Positions 12,219-23,240 are shown, counted from the stretch's first letter. The stretch: 48,996 bases of DNA from Heptranchias perlo (GCF_035084215.1 NC_090363.1:2604001-2652996); one strand, 5' to 3'. The notes: generated by a model from the sequence alone, not told the origin. Program-made: numbers and translations.

Positions 12219-12326
12219 CTTCTCCAGCTTCTTCAGTTGACTGTTGAGTTTGGCCGAGTAAGAGTTCAGTCTCTTGGTCTCTGCTTTGTCAAAGATCTCC
12301 TGAAGGTCGGCAGCCAGTGCCTGGAG
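12219..12326 (-). CDS. Olfactomedin-like 2 family gene, exon 3 (coiled coil LQALAADLQEIFDKAETKRLNSYSAKLNSQLKKLEK)
   Basis: Acceptor ttcccgtAG|CTC, donor AAG|GTAAGG, 108 nt, phase 0-0. Heptad pattern, aligns to the LQSMVDLLEG...NTLEE segment of OLFML2A (recalled). Not in the ORF track. Confidence 0.85.
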
Positions 12327-12439
12327 CTACGGGAACCAAGACACTTGGATCAGATACGGAGGGTCTCCGGCATGCTCTGCCCGCTCGAACCGCGAGGGGT
12401 CAAGGGTTCACGCCGCCAAGTAAGGGCCGTCTCACCGTG

Positions 12440-12915
12440 GGATGGGAGGGAGGGAGGGAGGGAAAGGAGGGAACGAGGGAGGGAAGGGAGGGAGTGAGGG
12501 AGGAAAGGCGGGCAAGTGGGAAGGAAGGGAGGAAGGGCGGGGAGAGAGGGAAAGAGGAGGGAGGGAGGAATGGCGGGGGGAGAGAGGGAAAGAAGGAGGG
12601 AGGGAGGAAGGGCGGGCAGGAGGGAGGGAAGGAGGAGGGAGGGAGGAAGGGCGGGGGGAGGGAGGGAAAGAAAGAGGGAGGGAGGAAGGAGGGAGGGCGA
12701 ATCCGGAGGGAAGGGTGGGGGGGAGGAAGGGTGTGGAGAGAGGGACGGAAGGAGGGAGGAAGGGTGGGCAGGAGGGAGGGAAAGAAGGAGGGAGGGAGGA
12801 AGGGCGGGCAGGAGGGAGGGAAGGAAGGAGGGAGGGCGGATAGGGAGGGAAGGGCGGGCGGAGAGAGAGAAAGAAGGAGGGAGGGAGGAAGGGCGGGCAG
12901 GAGGGAGGGAAGGAA
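12440..12915 (+). repeat. Purine-rich (GGA/GGGA) low-complexity tract
   Basis: Almost pure G/A on the + strand. Confidence 0.9.
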
Positions 12916-13308
12916 CGCCAGCTCCCCATTGACTCCAGGCCCCCGGCTCGAGTGCGGCCCTTGGCTGTGCTGCGATCGCGGGTATCTCTGGTCACAGTTC
13001 CCACCCCCTTTTCCCTATTTTTTCCCCCTCTGTCTCGTTCACCCGATCTCACTTGTCTTCCAGTTCTGATGAAGGAGTCACACCTGAGACAGTAACCGAG
13101 TTTTTCCTCTTTACAAACACTGACTGACCTGCCGCGTATCTCTGACGTTTTATTTTTATCTGTCCTGTTTATAATTGGATCTTATTGAACTTCAGACAGT
13201 GAGCCGCAGGCCCCACCGGCTATTCCTGGCCCTCTCGTGGTTTTGCCGCGTAAGCAAGCGCCAGAAGGCAGTGCCGGAGACTGCGCTGGGCGTGGGTGTG
13301 AAACTTAC

Positions 13309-13548
13309 TGTCGTCAAGTCCGAGACGAGCATCTTTGTCCTTCCCGCTGTCTGCTTGCTCTTGGCCTCACACTGGTCGACCTCGCAGTAACACTTGCACT
13401 TTGACCCGGGACCCGACCTCTCCAGTGGGTACAAGTCCTCGGGCCAAAGCTTGCCGGCCCTCGGCCTTGTGTCCTCGGGGCCGGGCTGTTTGACGATGCA
13501 CTTGCAGTGGCAGTCAGCCTCCTCCACCCTCCTCGATAAGGCCGGGTC
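13309..13548 (-). CDS. Olfactomedin-like 2 family gene, exon 2 (Cys-rich: DCHCKC...KCKCYCEVDQC)
   Basis: Acceptor ttcccctcttAG|GAC, donor ACA|GTAAGT, 240 nt, phase 0-0. Double CxCxC motif typical of OLFML2A/2B N-termini. Confidence 0.85.
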
Positions 13549-13564
13549 CTAAGAGGGGAAATAA

Positions 13565-14535
13565 TTACATAGAATTACATAGAATTTTACAGCACAGAAA
13601 CAGGCCATTCGGCCCAACAGGTCCATGCCGGTGTTTATGCTCCACACGAGCCTCCTCCCTCCCTACTTCATCTCACCCTATCAGCATATCCTTCTATTCC
13701 TTTCTCCCTCGTGTTTATTGAGCTTCCCCTTAAATGTATCTCCACTATTCACCTCAACCATTCCTTGTGGGAGCGAGTTCCACATTCTCACCACTCTCTG
13801 GGTGAAGAAGTTTCTCCTGAATTCCCGATTGGATTTATTAGTGACTATCTTATATTTATGGCCCCCTAGTCCTGGTCTCCCCCACAAGTGGACACATCTT
13901 CTCACTGTAGAGTTGGGAAAACCAGTGTATGGGAACGTTCACAGTAACGGTTTTATTAAAGAATCCATTTGATGTTCAGGACTCCGTCTTGAGACGGAAT
14001 CAGTTGAAACGAGGCCATTTCTGTGGAATGTCACAAGGCAGCTCAAATCACCGAGACCCCTTTGCAAACCTTTTACCGACTCGCGTCCTGTAAGAAATCC
14101 TAGGGTAGCTCTAACCTTCTAAAGAAAGACAGACTTGCATTTATATAGCGCCTTTCATGACCTCAGGATGTCCCAAAGCGCTTTACAGCCAATTAAGTAC
14201 TTTTGAAGTGTGGTCACTGTTGTAATGTAGGAAACACGGCAGCCAATTTGCGCACAGCAAGATCCCACAAACAGCAATGACCAGATAATCTGTTTTTTAG
14301 TGATGTTGGTTGAGGGATAAATATTGGCTCCAGGACACTGGGGAGAACTCCCCTGCTTTTCTTCGAAATAGTGGCCGTGGGATCTTTTACGTCCACCCGA
14401 GAGGGCAGACGAGGCCTCGGTTTATCGTCTTATCTGAAAGACGGCACGTCTGACAGTGCAGCACCTCCCTCAGTACTGCACCGAAGTGTCAGCTTCGATC
14501 TTGTGCTCAAGTCTCTGGAGTGGGGACTTGAACCC
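13565..14535 (-). mobile_element. CR1 3' fragment (13565-13905) and near-complete SINE (14125-14535, running into an N gap)
   Basis: GHKYKIVTNKSNREFRRNFFTQRVV peptide. SINE B-box GGTTCAAGTCCC at the gap edge. Confidence 0.75.
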
Positions 14536-14809
14536 NNNNNNNNNNNNNNNNNNNNNNNNNNNNNNNNNNNNNNNNNNNNNNNNNNNNNNNNNNNNNNNNN
14601 NNNNNNNNNNNNNNNNNNNNNNNNNNNNNNNNNNNNNNNNNNNNNNNNNNNNNNNNNNNNNNNNNNNNNNNNNNNNNNNNNNNNNNNNNNNNNNNNNNNN
14701 GAATCGGGTCTTATTTCCCGGTCGTAATTGATCCCGTTGCAGGCGAACAGCCTTGTGTATCAGACAGTAGAGCGACGCACACCTCTCCCGTCACTGACGC
14801 TGACCCCAC

Positions 14810-15183
14810 CAGCGAATAAAGGTTATCTGTTTTTAATACAACGGGTCATTCTCTGTCTTTCTCTTCCTTTCGGATGTTTCTCCCTCTCTCTCTCTGTCTT
14901 GTGTTCTGGCCGTTTGTGTATTCGGTGGTCCTGTAGGTAACATCACTCTGTCTGAACACTTTGATTGCCTTGACAACGGGCAGTTGGAAAGATTATCTGT
15001 AATCACCAGGTATTGTTCTCTGACTATAAATGCGGTAACATTCAAGGAGTCCCACACTTCACCTGACGAAGGAGATAATCTCCGAAAGCTTGTGATTTTC
15101 AAATAAAATCTTACAACACCTGGTGTTGTAAGATTCTTTACATTTGTCCACCCCAGTCCATCACCGGCATCTCCACATCATGA
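14810..15183 (+). mobile_element. Penelope-like element 3'/pLTR fragment in intron 1 of the OLFML2-like gene (5' boundary approximate)
   Basis: Shares the hammerhead motif and terminal tail with the 42901-43135 copy. Internal perfect 14-bp inverted repeat at 15107-15135. Confidence 0.65.
15058..15095 (+). ncRNA. Minimal hammerhead ribozyme motif (Penelope type)
   Basis: TTCAC-CTGACGA-a-GGAGA taa TCTCC-GAAA-GCTT-GTGA: intact cores, 5-bp stem II, TCAC/GTGA stem I. Confidence 0.65.
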
Positions 15184-15287
15184 TTTTTTAAGAATCACTC
15201 GACGCTGCCAGTATCGGTGCGTACTCTCAGCCCGCAGGCTGCCCTCCCCTCCTCTTCACCCCGTGTATGAAATAAACTCACCCTTAC

Positions 15288-15350
15288 CTGAGCCAAGGTG
15301 ATCAGCGCAGAGTTCAGGAGCAACGCAGCGACCGCCAGTCCAGCCCTCAT
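15288..15350 (-). CDS. Olfactomedin-like 2 family gene, coding exon 1 (signal peptide MRAGLAVAALLLNSALITLAQ)
   Basis: ATG at 15350, hydrophobic signal-peptide-like sequence, phase-0 donor CAG|GTAAGG. A second in-frame donor AGG|GTGAGT lies 6 nt further (exon end 15282). Confidence 0.75.
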
Positions 15351-15815
15351 CGCGTCACCGCGGTGAACGTCTCCCGCCCTGCGGCCCTTGCAACTACCGC
15401 AGCAGCAGAAACCCACTGACTCCAGGAGTGGGCATTGCACCGGTGATTAGGCTGCGGGGCTAGGGCTGGCTCTCTGTGCCTCCATCGTACGCCAGGGCTG
15501 AGTGGGGGGGGGGGTTAAAGGTGGGGGGGGGTGGGATGGAGTTGGGGGGGGGGGGAAGGGTTGTGAGCCTGAGGTAGAGGTGGCTCGTTGTACTAGAGTC
15601 CCATCCCGATGCTGCTTTGGGACAGGATGACGCCGCTCCCCACTGCCTAATGCCAAGTGTCCAGGGAAATCCCGAGGACTCGGGGCTCTCAGTCCAGACT
15701 ATCCCCGTACTGGCAGTGAAATCAGCATTTAAAGTGTATTCAGTGTCAAGCCTGGACAGCTCCCTGCACTACAGCGTCGTCCCCTTTCATCACTGCCATC
15801 CTGCCCCTGCCTCTC

Positions 15816-15849
<34 letters not shown>

Positions 15850-16349
15850 GTTATGAACGCACTTCGCCTGCCTTTGTTGTGCTGTCTTGTAGAAGTTGCT
15901 ACCTCCTGTTTAACCCGTTCCACACCTCCCAGCAACAACCCCCCCAACACAACACTCCACACATCAACTCCTCCCCAAACCTGGCCAACAGCACCATCTA
16001 CAGCCACAGCTTGATGCCAGCGGGCAGGAGGCCTGTTCCCCCGCGGGGTCCGCTGCTTCCCTCAGCTCCTCCGCTCTCCGGAAGTCGCTGACGCTGCCCC
16101 CCCCCCAGACTGGGCCTGGATCCAAACAGGCACCGACCCCTCACCCGAGTGGCCACCGCGTGAGCAGAGGCCGGATATTCGGCCACGCGGAGCGTCGCAG
16201 CTCCCAAAAAGCAGGAGGCTCTGGGTCGGTGATCAGGGGCAGCAACAGTCTGTGAATTTTTTTTTTTACACGCACACGGGCCAGGGGCACTGAGGCCAAC
16301 TGGTGTCATATCTCCACCCCGGAGGAGGAGGAGGAGGAGGAGGAGGAAC

Positions 16350-17050
16350 AACAACAACAACAACAACCTGCATTTATATAGCGCCTTTAACACAGTAAAA
16401 CTTCCCAAGGCTCTTCACAGGAGCGATTATCAAACAAAATTTGACCCCGAGCCACTTAAGGGGATTTTAGGACAGGTGACCAAAAGCTCGGTCAAAGAGG
16501 TAGGTTTTAAGGAGCGTCTTAAAGGAGGAGAGAGAGGCGGAGAGGTTTAGGGAGGGAATTCCAGAGCTTAGGGCCCCGGCAGCTGAAGGCACGGCCGCCA
16601 ATGGTGGGGCGATGAAAATCGGGGGATGCGTAAGAGGCCAGAATTGGAGGAGCGCAGAGATCTCGGAGGGTTGTAGGGCTGGAGGAGGTTACAGAGATAG
16701 GGAGGGGGGCGAGGGTCATGGAGGGATTTGAAAACAAGGATGAGAATTTTAAAATCGGGGCGTTCCCGGACCGGGAGCCAATGTGGGTCAGCGAGCACAG
16801 GGGGTGATGGGTGAACGGGACTTGGTGCGAGTTCGGATACAGGCAGCAGAGTTTTGGATGAGCTCAAGTTTACGGAGGGTGGAAGATGGGAGGCCGGTCA
16901 GGAGAGCATTGGAATAGTCGAGTCTGGAGGTAACAAAGGCACGGATGAGGGTTTCAGCAGCAGATGAGCTGAGGCAGGGGGTGGAGACGGGCGATGTTAC
17001 AGAGGTGGAAGTAGGCGGCCTTGGTGATGGAGCGGATATGGGGTCAGATG
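16350..17050 (-). mobile_element. L2-clade LINE 3' fragment with (TTG)n tail
   Basis: PVLAD.HWLPVRER.DFKILILVFKSLH and GGRAFS..GPKLWNSLP peptides, frameshifted. Confidence 0.8.
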
Positions 17051-17679
17051 CTGAGCTGAGGGCAGGGGTGGGACCTGGTCAGTGTACCTCACCGGGAGGT
17101 GTACTTGCTCACTGAGGAGAATCCCATAGGCTTATTCAAAGAGCGTTGACCAATGGGATGTGCAGTCCTGATCACGGACCATTATGAGATAAGTTGAAAT
17201 GTTAACAAATCGTTCATCTTTTCAGATAGTATTACAAAGAATTCCATGGAATTTTACAGCACAGAAACAGGCCATTCGGCCCAACTGGCCCATGCTGGTG
17301 TTTATGCTCCACACGAGCCCCCTCCCTCCCTACTTCATCTCACCCTATCAGCATATCCTTCTATTCCTTTCTCCTTCGTGTACTTATCTTGGCATCTTAT
17401 TTCCAGCACCTTCCGTGTTAATTACAACCTTGGAATTTTGGTGTGATTTCCCCCCTCTCCCCAATCAAAATAAAACTGTTTTAAAACTTATTACTCACAG
17501 ATAATTCAAACAGAAAAGTTCCCATCCTCCTGGACCATCATTGCAAGATCACAGCTTCCTTACAGATAAGGAAGGCCCATTCGGCCCATCTTAATTCATT
17601 CATCTATGAGACCCTACTGTTCCCCCTTTTGTATCATCCAATTGTCTCTGAAATGATTCAGTTTCAGTTGTAGACAGCC

Positions 17680-18605
17680 TGGGTTAGACCCCCACCTGGA
17701 GAGACTGCGTTCAGTCCTGGGCACCGCACCTCAGGAAGGATATATTGGCCTTGGAGGGGGCGCAGCGCAGATTCACCAGAATGATACCGGGGCTAAAAGG
17801 GTTAAATTATGAGGGCAGGTTACACAGACTGGGCTTGTATTCCCTCGAGGATTGAAGATTAAGGGGTGATCTGATTGAGGTGTTTAAGATGATTAAAGGA
17901 TTTGATAGGGTGGATAGAGAGAAACTATTTCCTCTGGTGGGGGGAGAGTCCAGAACAAGGGGGCATAACCTTAAAATTAGAGCCGGGCCGTTCAGGGGTG
18001 ATGTCAGGAAGCACTTCTTCACACAAAGGGGAGTGGGAATCTGGAACTCTCTCCCCAAAAAAGAGCTGTGGGTGAATTGGAGCTTTCAAGACTGAGATTG
18101 ATGGATAATTTGTTGGGTGAGGGCATCGAGGAGCAAGGGTAGGTAAATGGAGTTGAGGTGCAGATCAGCCATGATCTGATTTCATGGCGGAACAGGCTCG
18201 AGGGGCTGAATGGCCTCCTCCTGTTCCTATGATTCCAGGGTTTTGCCTTCACTGCTCTATCTGGGAGTTTATCCGAAATGTCAATCACTCTTTGTGTGAA
18301 GAATTTCCTGATGTCCGTCCTGAATTTACCTTTTACTAGTTTCAACCCGTGTCCACGTCTCGTATCCCGCAGTTCAGCCAGAAATGCCGTTCTCAATTTA
18401 TCATTTTCATTCCCTTGTAGAACGCGCTGCCTGAAAGGGCGGTGGAGGCAGATTCAATCGTGGCTTTCAAAAAGAAATTGGATAAATATTTGAAGGGAAA
18501 AAATTTGCAGGGCTACGGGGAAAGAGAGCGGGGGGAGTGGGACTAACTGGATTGCTCTTACATGGAGCCGGCACGGGCTCGATGGGCCGAATAGCCTCCT
18601 CCCGT
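17680..18605 (+). mobile_element. CR1 LINE 3' fragments
   Basis: FKMIKGFDRVDREKLFPL...FFTQRGV peptide and CR1 3' UTR. Confidence 0.75.
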
Positions 18606-19070
18606 GCCGAGGGAGTGCCGCACTGTTGGAGGTGCTGCCTTTGAGAGGAGATGTTGAACTGAGGCCCACGTCTGCCCTCTCAGGTGGACGTAAAAGATCC
18701 CATAGTACAGGTTTGAAGGAGAGTAGGGGCGGTGTCCTGGGCCGATATCGTTCGACCAACATCACTTTTTTTGTGGGATCTTGCTGTGCGCGAATTGGCT
18801 GCTGCATTAGGACAGTGACGACACTGGAAAGGTCCTTCATTGGCTGGAAATTACTTCGGGACATCCTGAGGTGATGAAAATCACTGAATAAAACACAAAT
18901 CCTTTCCTTTCACTCACCCCCCGCCCTGACACTGGCGGATCAGCCGGGGGGCGGTGCTGTGGCCGAATAGTCACTGGATGCACAATCCCTTTAAAGCAGC
19001 GCCATCTGCTGGGAGGGGGAGGAACAATCGTTTGGCCGACACTAAAGAAGGTTGCGCCTTTAAGAGGATG

Positions 19071-19082
19071 GAAAGCGAAAGT
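19071..19082 (+). promoter_or_regulatory. IRF-binding element / ISRE-like motif GAAAGCGAAAGT in the putative butyrophilin promoter
   Basis: Exact GAAANNGAAA(G/C)(T/C) consensus in CpG-rich unique DNA. An ETS-like ACCGGAAAT follows at ~19125-19133 and a splice donor at 19178. Confidence 0.55.
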
Positions 19083-19099
19083 CGGGCCGGGGACAGGGT

Positions 19100-19177
19100 T
19101 CGAAGCTGCTCCTTCGGCGGAGAGACCGGAAATTGGGGTTAAAATAAAGCGTTTCGGTCACGCACAGTAATCAACCG
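19100..19177 (+). other. Putative non-coding first exon of the butyrophilin gene (5' end approximate)
   Basis: Strong donor CCG|GTGAGT at 19177/19178. The ATG-containing exon has its own upstream acceptor (tcttgtctttcAG ending 23388), which implies an upstream UTR exon. Confidence 0.45.
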
Positions 19178-19395
19178 GTGAGTTTTGAGACCCGTTTAAT
19201 GGAATTAAAATCCCCCCGGACCCGCGGGCAATCGGTCCGGGTCCGGGTCCGGGTCAGTTTCCGGGTGTGTTTCACCCGGTTGGTTGTATCTTTAATCCGG
19301 TTTTATTCACACGATATTCCTGCCTCCAGGGTCACTCCCGGCGGAGCCCAGGCCGGATGGACGAAATTGCGCTGCCCGAAACCTGGCGTCAATTT

Positions 19396-20671
19396 CCCGG
19401 GCCGATACAGTGTGACCCCGGGCCGATACAGTGTGACCCCGGGCCGATACAGTGTGACCCCGGGCCGATACAGTGTGACCCCGGGCCGATACAGTGTGAC
19501 CCCGGGCCGATACGGTGTGACCCCGGGCCGATACAGTGTGACCCCGGGCCGATACATTGTGACCCCGGGCGGATACAGTGTGACCCCGGGCCGATACATT
19601 GTGACCCCGGGCCGATACATTGTGACCCCGGGCCGATACATTGTGACCCCGGGCCGATACATTGTGACCCCGGGCCGATACATTGTGACCCCGGGCCGAT
19701 ACATTGTGACCCCGGGCCGATACATTGTGACCCCGGGCCGATACGGTGTGACCCCGGGCCGATACATTGTGACCCCGGGCCGATACAGTGTGACCCCGGG
19801 CCGATACATTGTGACCCCGGGCCGATACATTGTGACCCCGGGCCGATACGGTGTGACCCCGGGCCGATACATTGTGACCCCGGGCCGATACATTGTGACC
19901 CCGGGCGGATACGGCGTGACCCCCCGGGCGGATACGGCGTGACCCCCCGGGCGGATACGGCGTGACCCCCCGGGCGGATACGGCGTGACCCCCCGGGCGG
20001 ATACGGCGTGACCCCCCGGGCGGATACGGCGTGACCCCCCGGGCGGATACGGCGTGACCCCCCGGGCGGATACGGCGTGACCCCCCGGGCGGATACGGCG
20101 TGACCCCCCGGGCGGATACGGCGTGACCCCCCGGGCGGATACGGCGTGACCCCCCGGGCGGATACGGCGTGACCCCCCGGGCGGATACGGCGTGACCCCC
20201 CGGGCGGATACGGCGTGACCCCCCGGGCGGATACGGCGTGACCCCCCGGGCGGATACGGCGTGACCCCCCGGGCGGATACGGCGTGACCCCCCGGGCGGA
20301 TACGGCGTGACCCCCCGGGCGGATACGGCGTGACCCCCCGGGCGGATACGGCGTGACCCCCCGGGCGGATACGGCGTGACCCCCCGGGCGGATACGGCGT
20401 GACCCCCCGGGCGGATACGGCGTGACCCCCCGGGCGGATACGGCGTGACCCCCCGGGCGGATACGGCGTGACCCCCCGGGCGGATACGGCGTGACCCCCC
20501 GGGCGGATACGGCGTGACCCCCCGGGCGGATACGGCGTGACCCCCCGGGCGGATACGGCGTGACCCCCCGGGCGGATACGGCGTGACCCCCCGGGCGGAT
20601 ACGGCGTGACCCCCCGGGCGGATACGGCGTGACCCCCCGGGCGGATACGGCGTGACCCCCCGGGCGGATAC
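19396..20671. repeat. Bipartite CpG-rich minisatellite: ~24 x 21-bp units then ~33 x 23-bp units
   Basis: CCCCGGGCCGATACA(G/T)TGTGA to ~19900, then apparently invariant CCCCCCGGGCGGATACGGCGTGA. Confidence 0.95.
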
Positions 20672-20999
20672 TTTCAGTCCGGAATTGCGACTTTGTATCT
20701 GCTGCTCACTGCCTCCCTCCTGCCAGAGTGGGCCGGGGGAGTGTGGAAGGTTTGACCGGGGATTTAACACCAGCAAAGGGCCCGGGGTCGATCCCCGGTC
20801 TGCAGTGAACTGGCCGTTCCCAGTTGGTCAGGAGGCCCCGCGGTTCCGGCTTCACATCGAGTCGGGTGGTGGGAATTTGGTCGCCCTGAGTCTGAAGGTG
20901 GGGGGTGAGACTCCCTCAGCGTGGATTCAGGCCGCATTCACCCTACATTTATATAGCACCTTTCACCACCCCAGGACGTCCCAAAGCACTTTTTAAAAA

Positions 21000-21890
21000 T
21001 TCGTTCATGGGATGTGGGCGTCGCTGGCGAGGCCGGCATTTATTGCCCATCCCTAATTGCCCTTGAGAAGGTGGTGGTGAGCCGCCTTCTTGAATCGCTG
21101 CAGTCCGTGTGGTGAAGGTTCTCCCACAGTGCTGTTAGGGAGGGAGTTCCAGGATTTTGACCCAGCGACGATGAAGGAACGGCGATATATTTCCAAGTCG
21201 GGATGGTGTGTGACTTGGAGGGGAACGTGCAGTTGGTGTTGTTCCCATGTGCCTGCTGCCCTTGTCCTTCTAGGTGGTAGAGGTTGTGGGTTTGGGAGGT
21301 GCTGTCGAAGAAGCCTTGGCGAGTTGCTGCAGTGCATCCTGTGGATGGTACACACTGCAGCCACTGTGCGCCGGTGGTGAAGGGAGTGAATGTTTAGGGT
21401 GGTGGATGGGGTGCCAATCAAGTGGGCTGCTTTGTCCTGGATGGTGTCGAGCTTCTTGAGTGTTGTTGGAGCTGCACTCATCCAGGCAAGTGGAGAGTAT
21501 TCCATCACACTCCTGACTTGTGCCTTGTAGATGGTGGAAAGGCTTTGGGGAATCAGGAGGTGAATCATTCGCTGCAGAATACCCAGCCTCTGACCTGCTC
21601 TTGTGGCCACAGTATTTATATGGCTGGTCCAGTTAAGCTTCTGGTCAATGGTGACCCCCAGGATGTTGATGGTGGGGGATTCGGTGATGGTAATGCCGTT
21701 GAATGTCAAGGGGAGGTGGTTAGACTCTCTCTTGTTGGAGATGGTCATTGCCTGGCACTTGTCTGGTGCGAATGTTACTTGCCATTTATGAGCCCAAGCC
21801 TGGATATTGTCCACGTCTTGCTGCATGCGGGCTCGGACTGTTTCATTATCTGAGGGGTTGTGAATGGAACTGAATACTATGTAATCATCA
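21000..21890 (-). mobile_element. 5'-truncated LINE (CR1/L2 group) with open RT C-terminal frame; shorter copies at ~29675-29970 (+), ~37748-38060 (-), ~42835-42900 (-)
   Basis: ORF 21053-22039: (T)DD.., W..KWQVTFAPDKCQ, LGVTIDQKLNW..HI, YKAQVRSVMEY. The 5' end of the ORF runs into an unrelated SINE. Confidence 0.85.
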
Positions 21891-21894
21891 GTGA

Positions 21895-22700
21895 GCATCC
21901 CCATTTGCAGCCAATTATGTACTTTTTGGACTGTAGGAAACGCGGCAGCCAATTTGCACACAGCAAGATCCCACACACAGCAATGTGGTAACGAACAGAT
22001 AATCCACAGGTTGAGGGATAAATATTGGCTCCAGGACACCAGGGAGAACTTCCCTGCTGTTCTTCCAAATAGTGGCTGTGGGATCTTTTACATCCACCTG
22101 AGAGTGCAGATGGGACCTCAGTTTAATGTCTCATCCGAAAGACGGCACCTCTGACAGTGCGGCGCTCCCTCAGTATTGGCCCTCCGACAGTGCGGCGCTC
22201 CCTCGGTACTGGCCCTCCGACAGTGCGGCGCTCCCTCGGTACTGACCCTCCGACGGTGCGGCGCTCCCTCGGTACTGGCCCTCCGACGGTGCGGCGCTCC
22301 CTCGGTACTGGCCCTCCGACGGTGCGGCGCTCCCTCAGTACTGACCCTCCGACAGTGCGGCGCTCCCTCAGTACTGACCCTCCGACAGTGCGGCGCTCCC
22401 TCAGTACTGGCCCTCCGACGGTGCGGCGCTCCCTCGGTACTGGCCCTCCGAAAGTGCGGCACTCCCTCAGTACTGGCCCTCCGACAGTGCGGCGCTCCCT
22501 CAGTACTGACCCCCCTCAGTACTGACCCTCCGACGGTGCGGCGCTCCCTCAGTACTGACCCCCCTCAGTACTGACCCTCCGACGGTGCGGCGCTCCCTCA
22601 GTACTGGCCCTCCGACACTGCGGCGCTCCCTCAGTACTGACCCTCCTCAGTACTGGCCCTCCGACGGTGCGGCGCTCCCTCGGTACTGCGCTGGGAGTGT
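21895..22700 (-). mobile_element. SINE containing an internal 33-bp tandem array (~22150-22690)
   Basis: SINE body on both sides of ~16 copies of the same unit as 3737-4620. Confidence 0.85.
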
Positions 22701-22929
22701 CAGCCTAGATTTTCGGTTCAAGCCTCTGGAGTGGGACTCGATGGGATCTGTTAAATCCAGCTGACACTATGTTGACAGTGTGAATGCACAGCTACTGGGA
22801 AGTGTGAGTGTGAATATCAGGTGAGGCTAGCATCGGATTCATTTGGGATGACTCACATCCCACCTCTCCAAACTCAACTGGCCGGCCAGCTCTCCGGGCC
22901 TCAGACAAGAAGATTGACCAAGGTCCTTG

Positions 22930-23240
22930 GAGGATGAGACATTAAACCAAGGCCCGATCTGCCCTCTCAGGTGGATGTAAAAGATCTCACGGCCATTATT
23001 TTGAAGAAGAGCAGGGGGAGTTCACCCCGGTGTCCTGGGGCCAATATAACATAACTAAAAAAACAGATTATCTGGTCATTATCTCATTGCTGTTTGTGGG
23101 ATCTTGCTGTGCGCACATTGGCTGCCGCGTTTCCTGTATTACAACAGTGACTACACTTCAAAAGTACTTCATTGGCTGTAAGGCGCTTTGGGATGTCCTG
23201 AGGTCGTGAAAGGCGCTATATAAATGCAAGTCTTTCTTTC
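22930..23240 (+). mobile_element. SINE (Deu-domain-like), 5'-truncated
   Basis: Body and tail GGCGCTATATAAATGCAAGTCTTTCTTT. Confidence 0.8.

Noticed and set aside
12317-13069. Gly/Arg/Glu- and Pro/Ser-rich ORFs (also 40852-41846)
   Set aside because: Low-complexity purine tracts.
2952-15350. Assigning the symbol OLFML2A or OLFML2B (and BTN1A1/2A1/3A to the second gene)
   Set aside because: Diagnostic residues are mixed, and orthology cannot be decided without a phylogeny.
19178-20776. Long ORFs up to 489 aa (PGRYSVT / CDPGPIH repeats)
   Set aside because: Read-through of the 21/23-bp minisatellite on both strands, with no splice or domain support.
21053-22039. 328-aa RT-like ORF as an active or domesticated gene
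   Set aside because: 5'-truncated LINE fused by chance to SINE sequence. It lacks the endonuclease and most of the RT.
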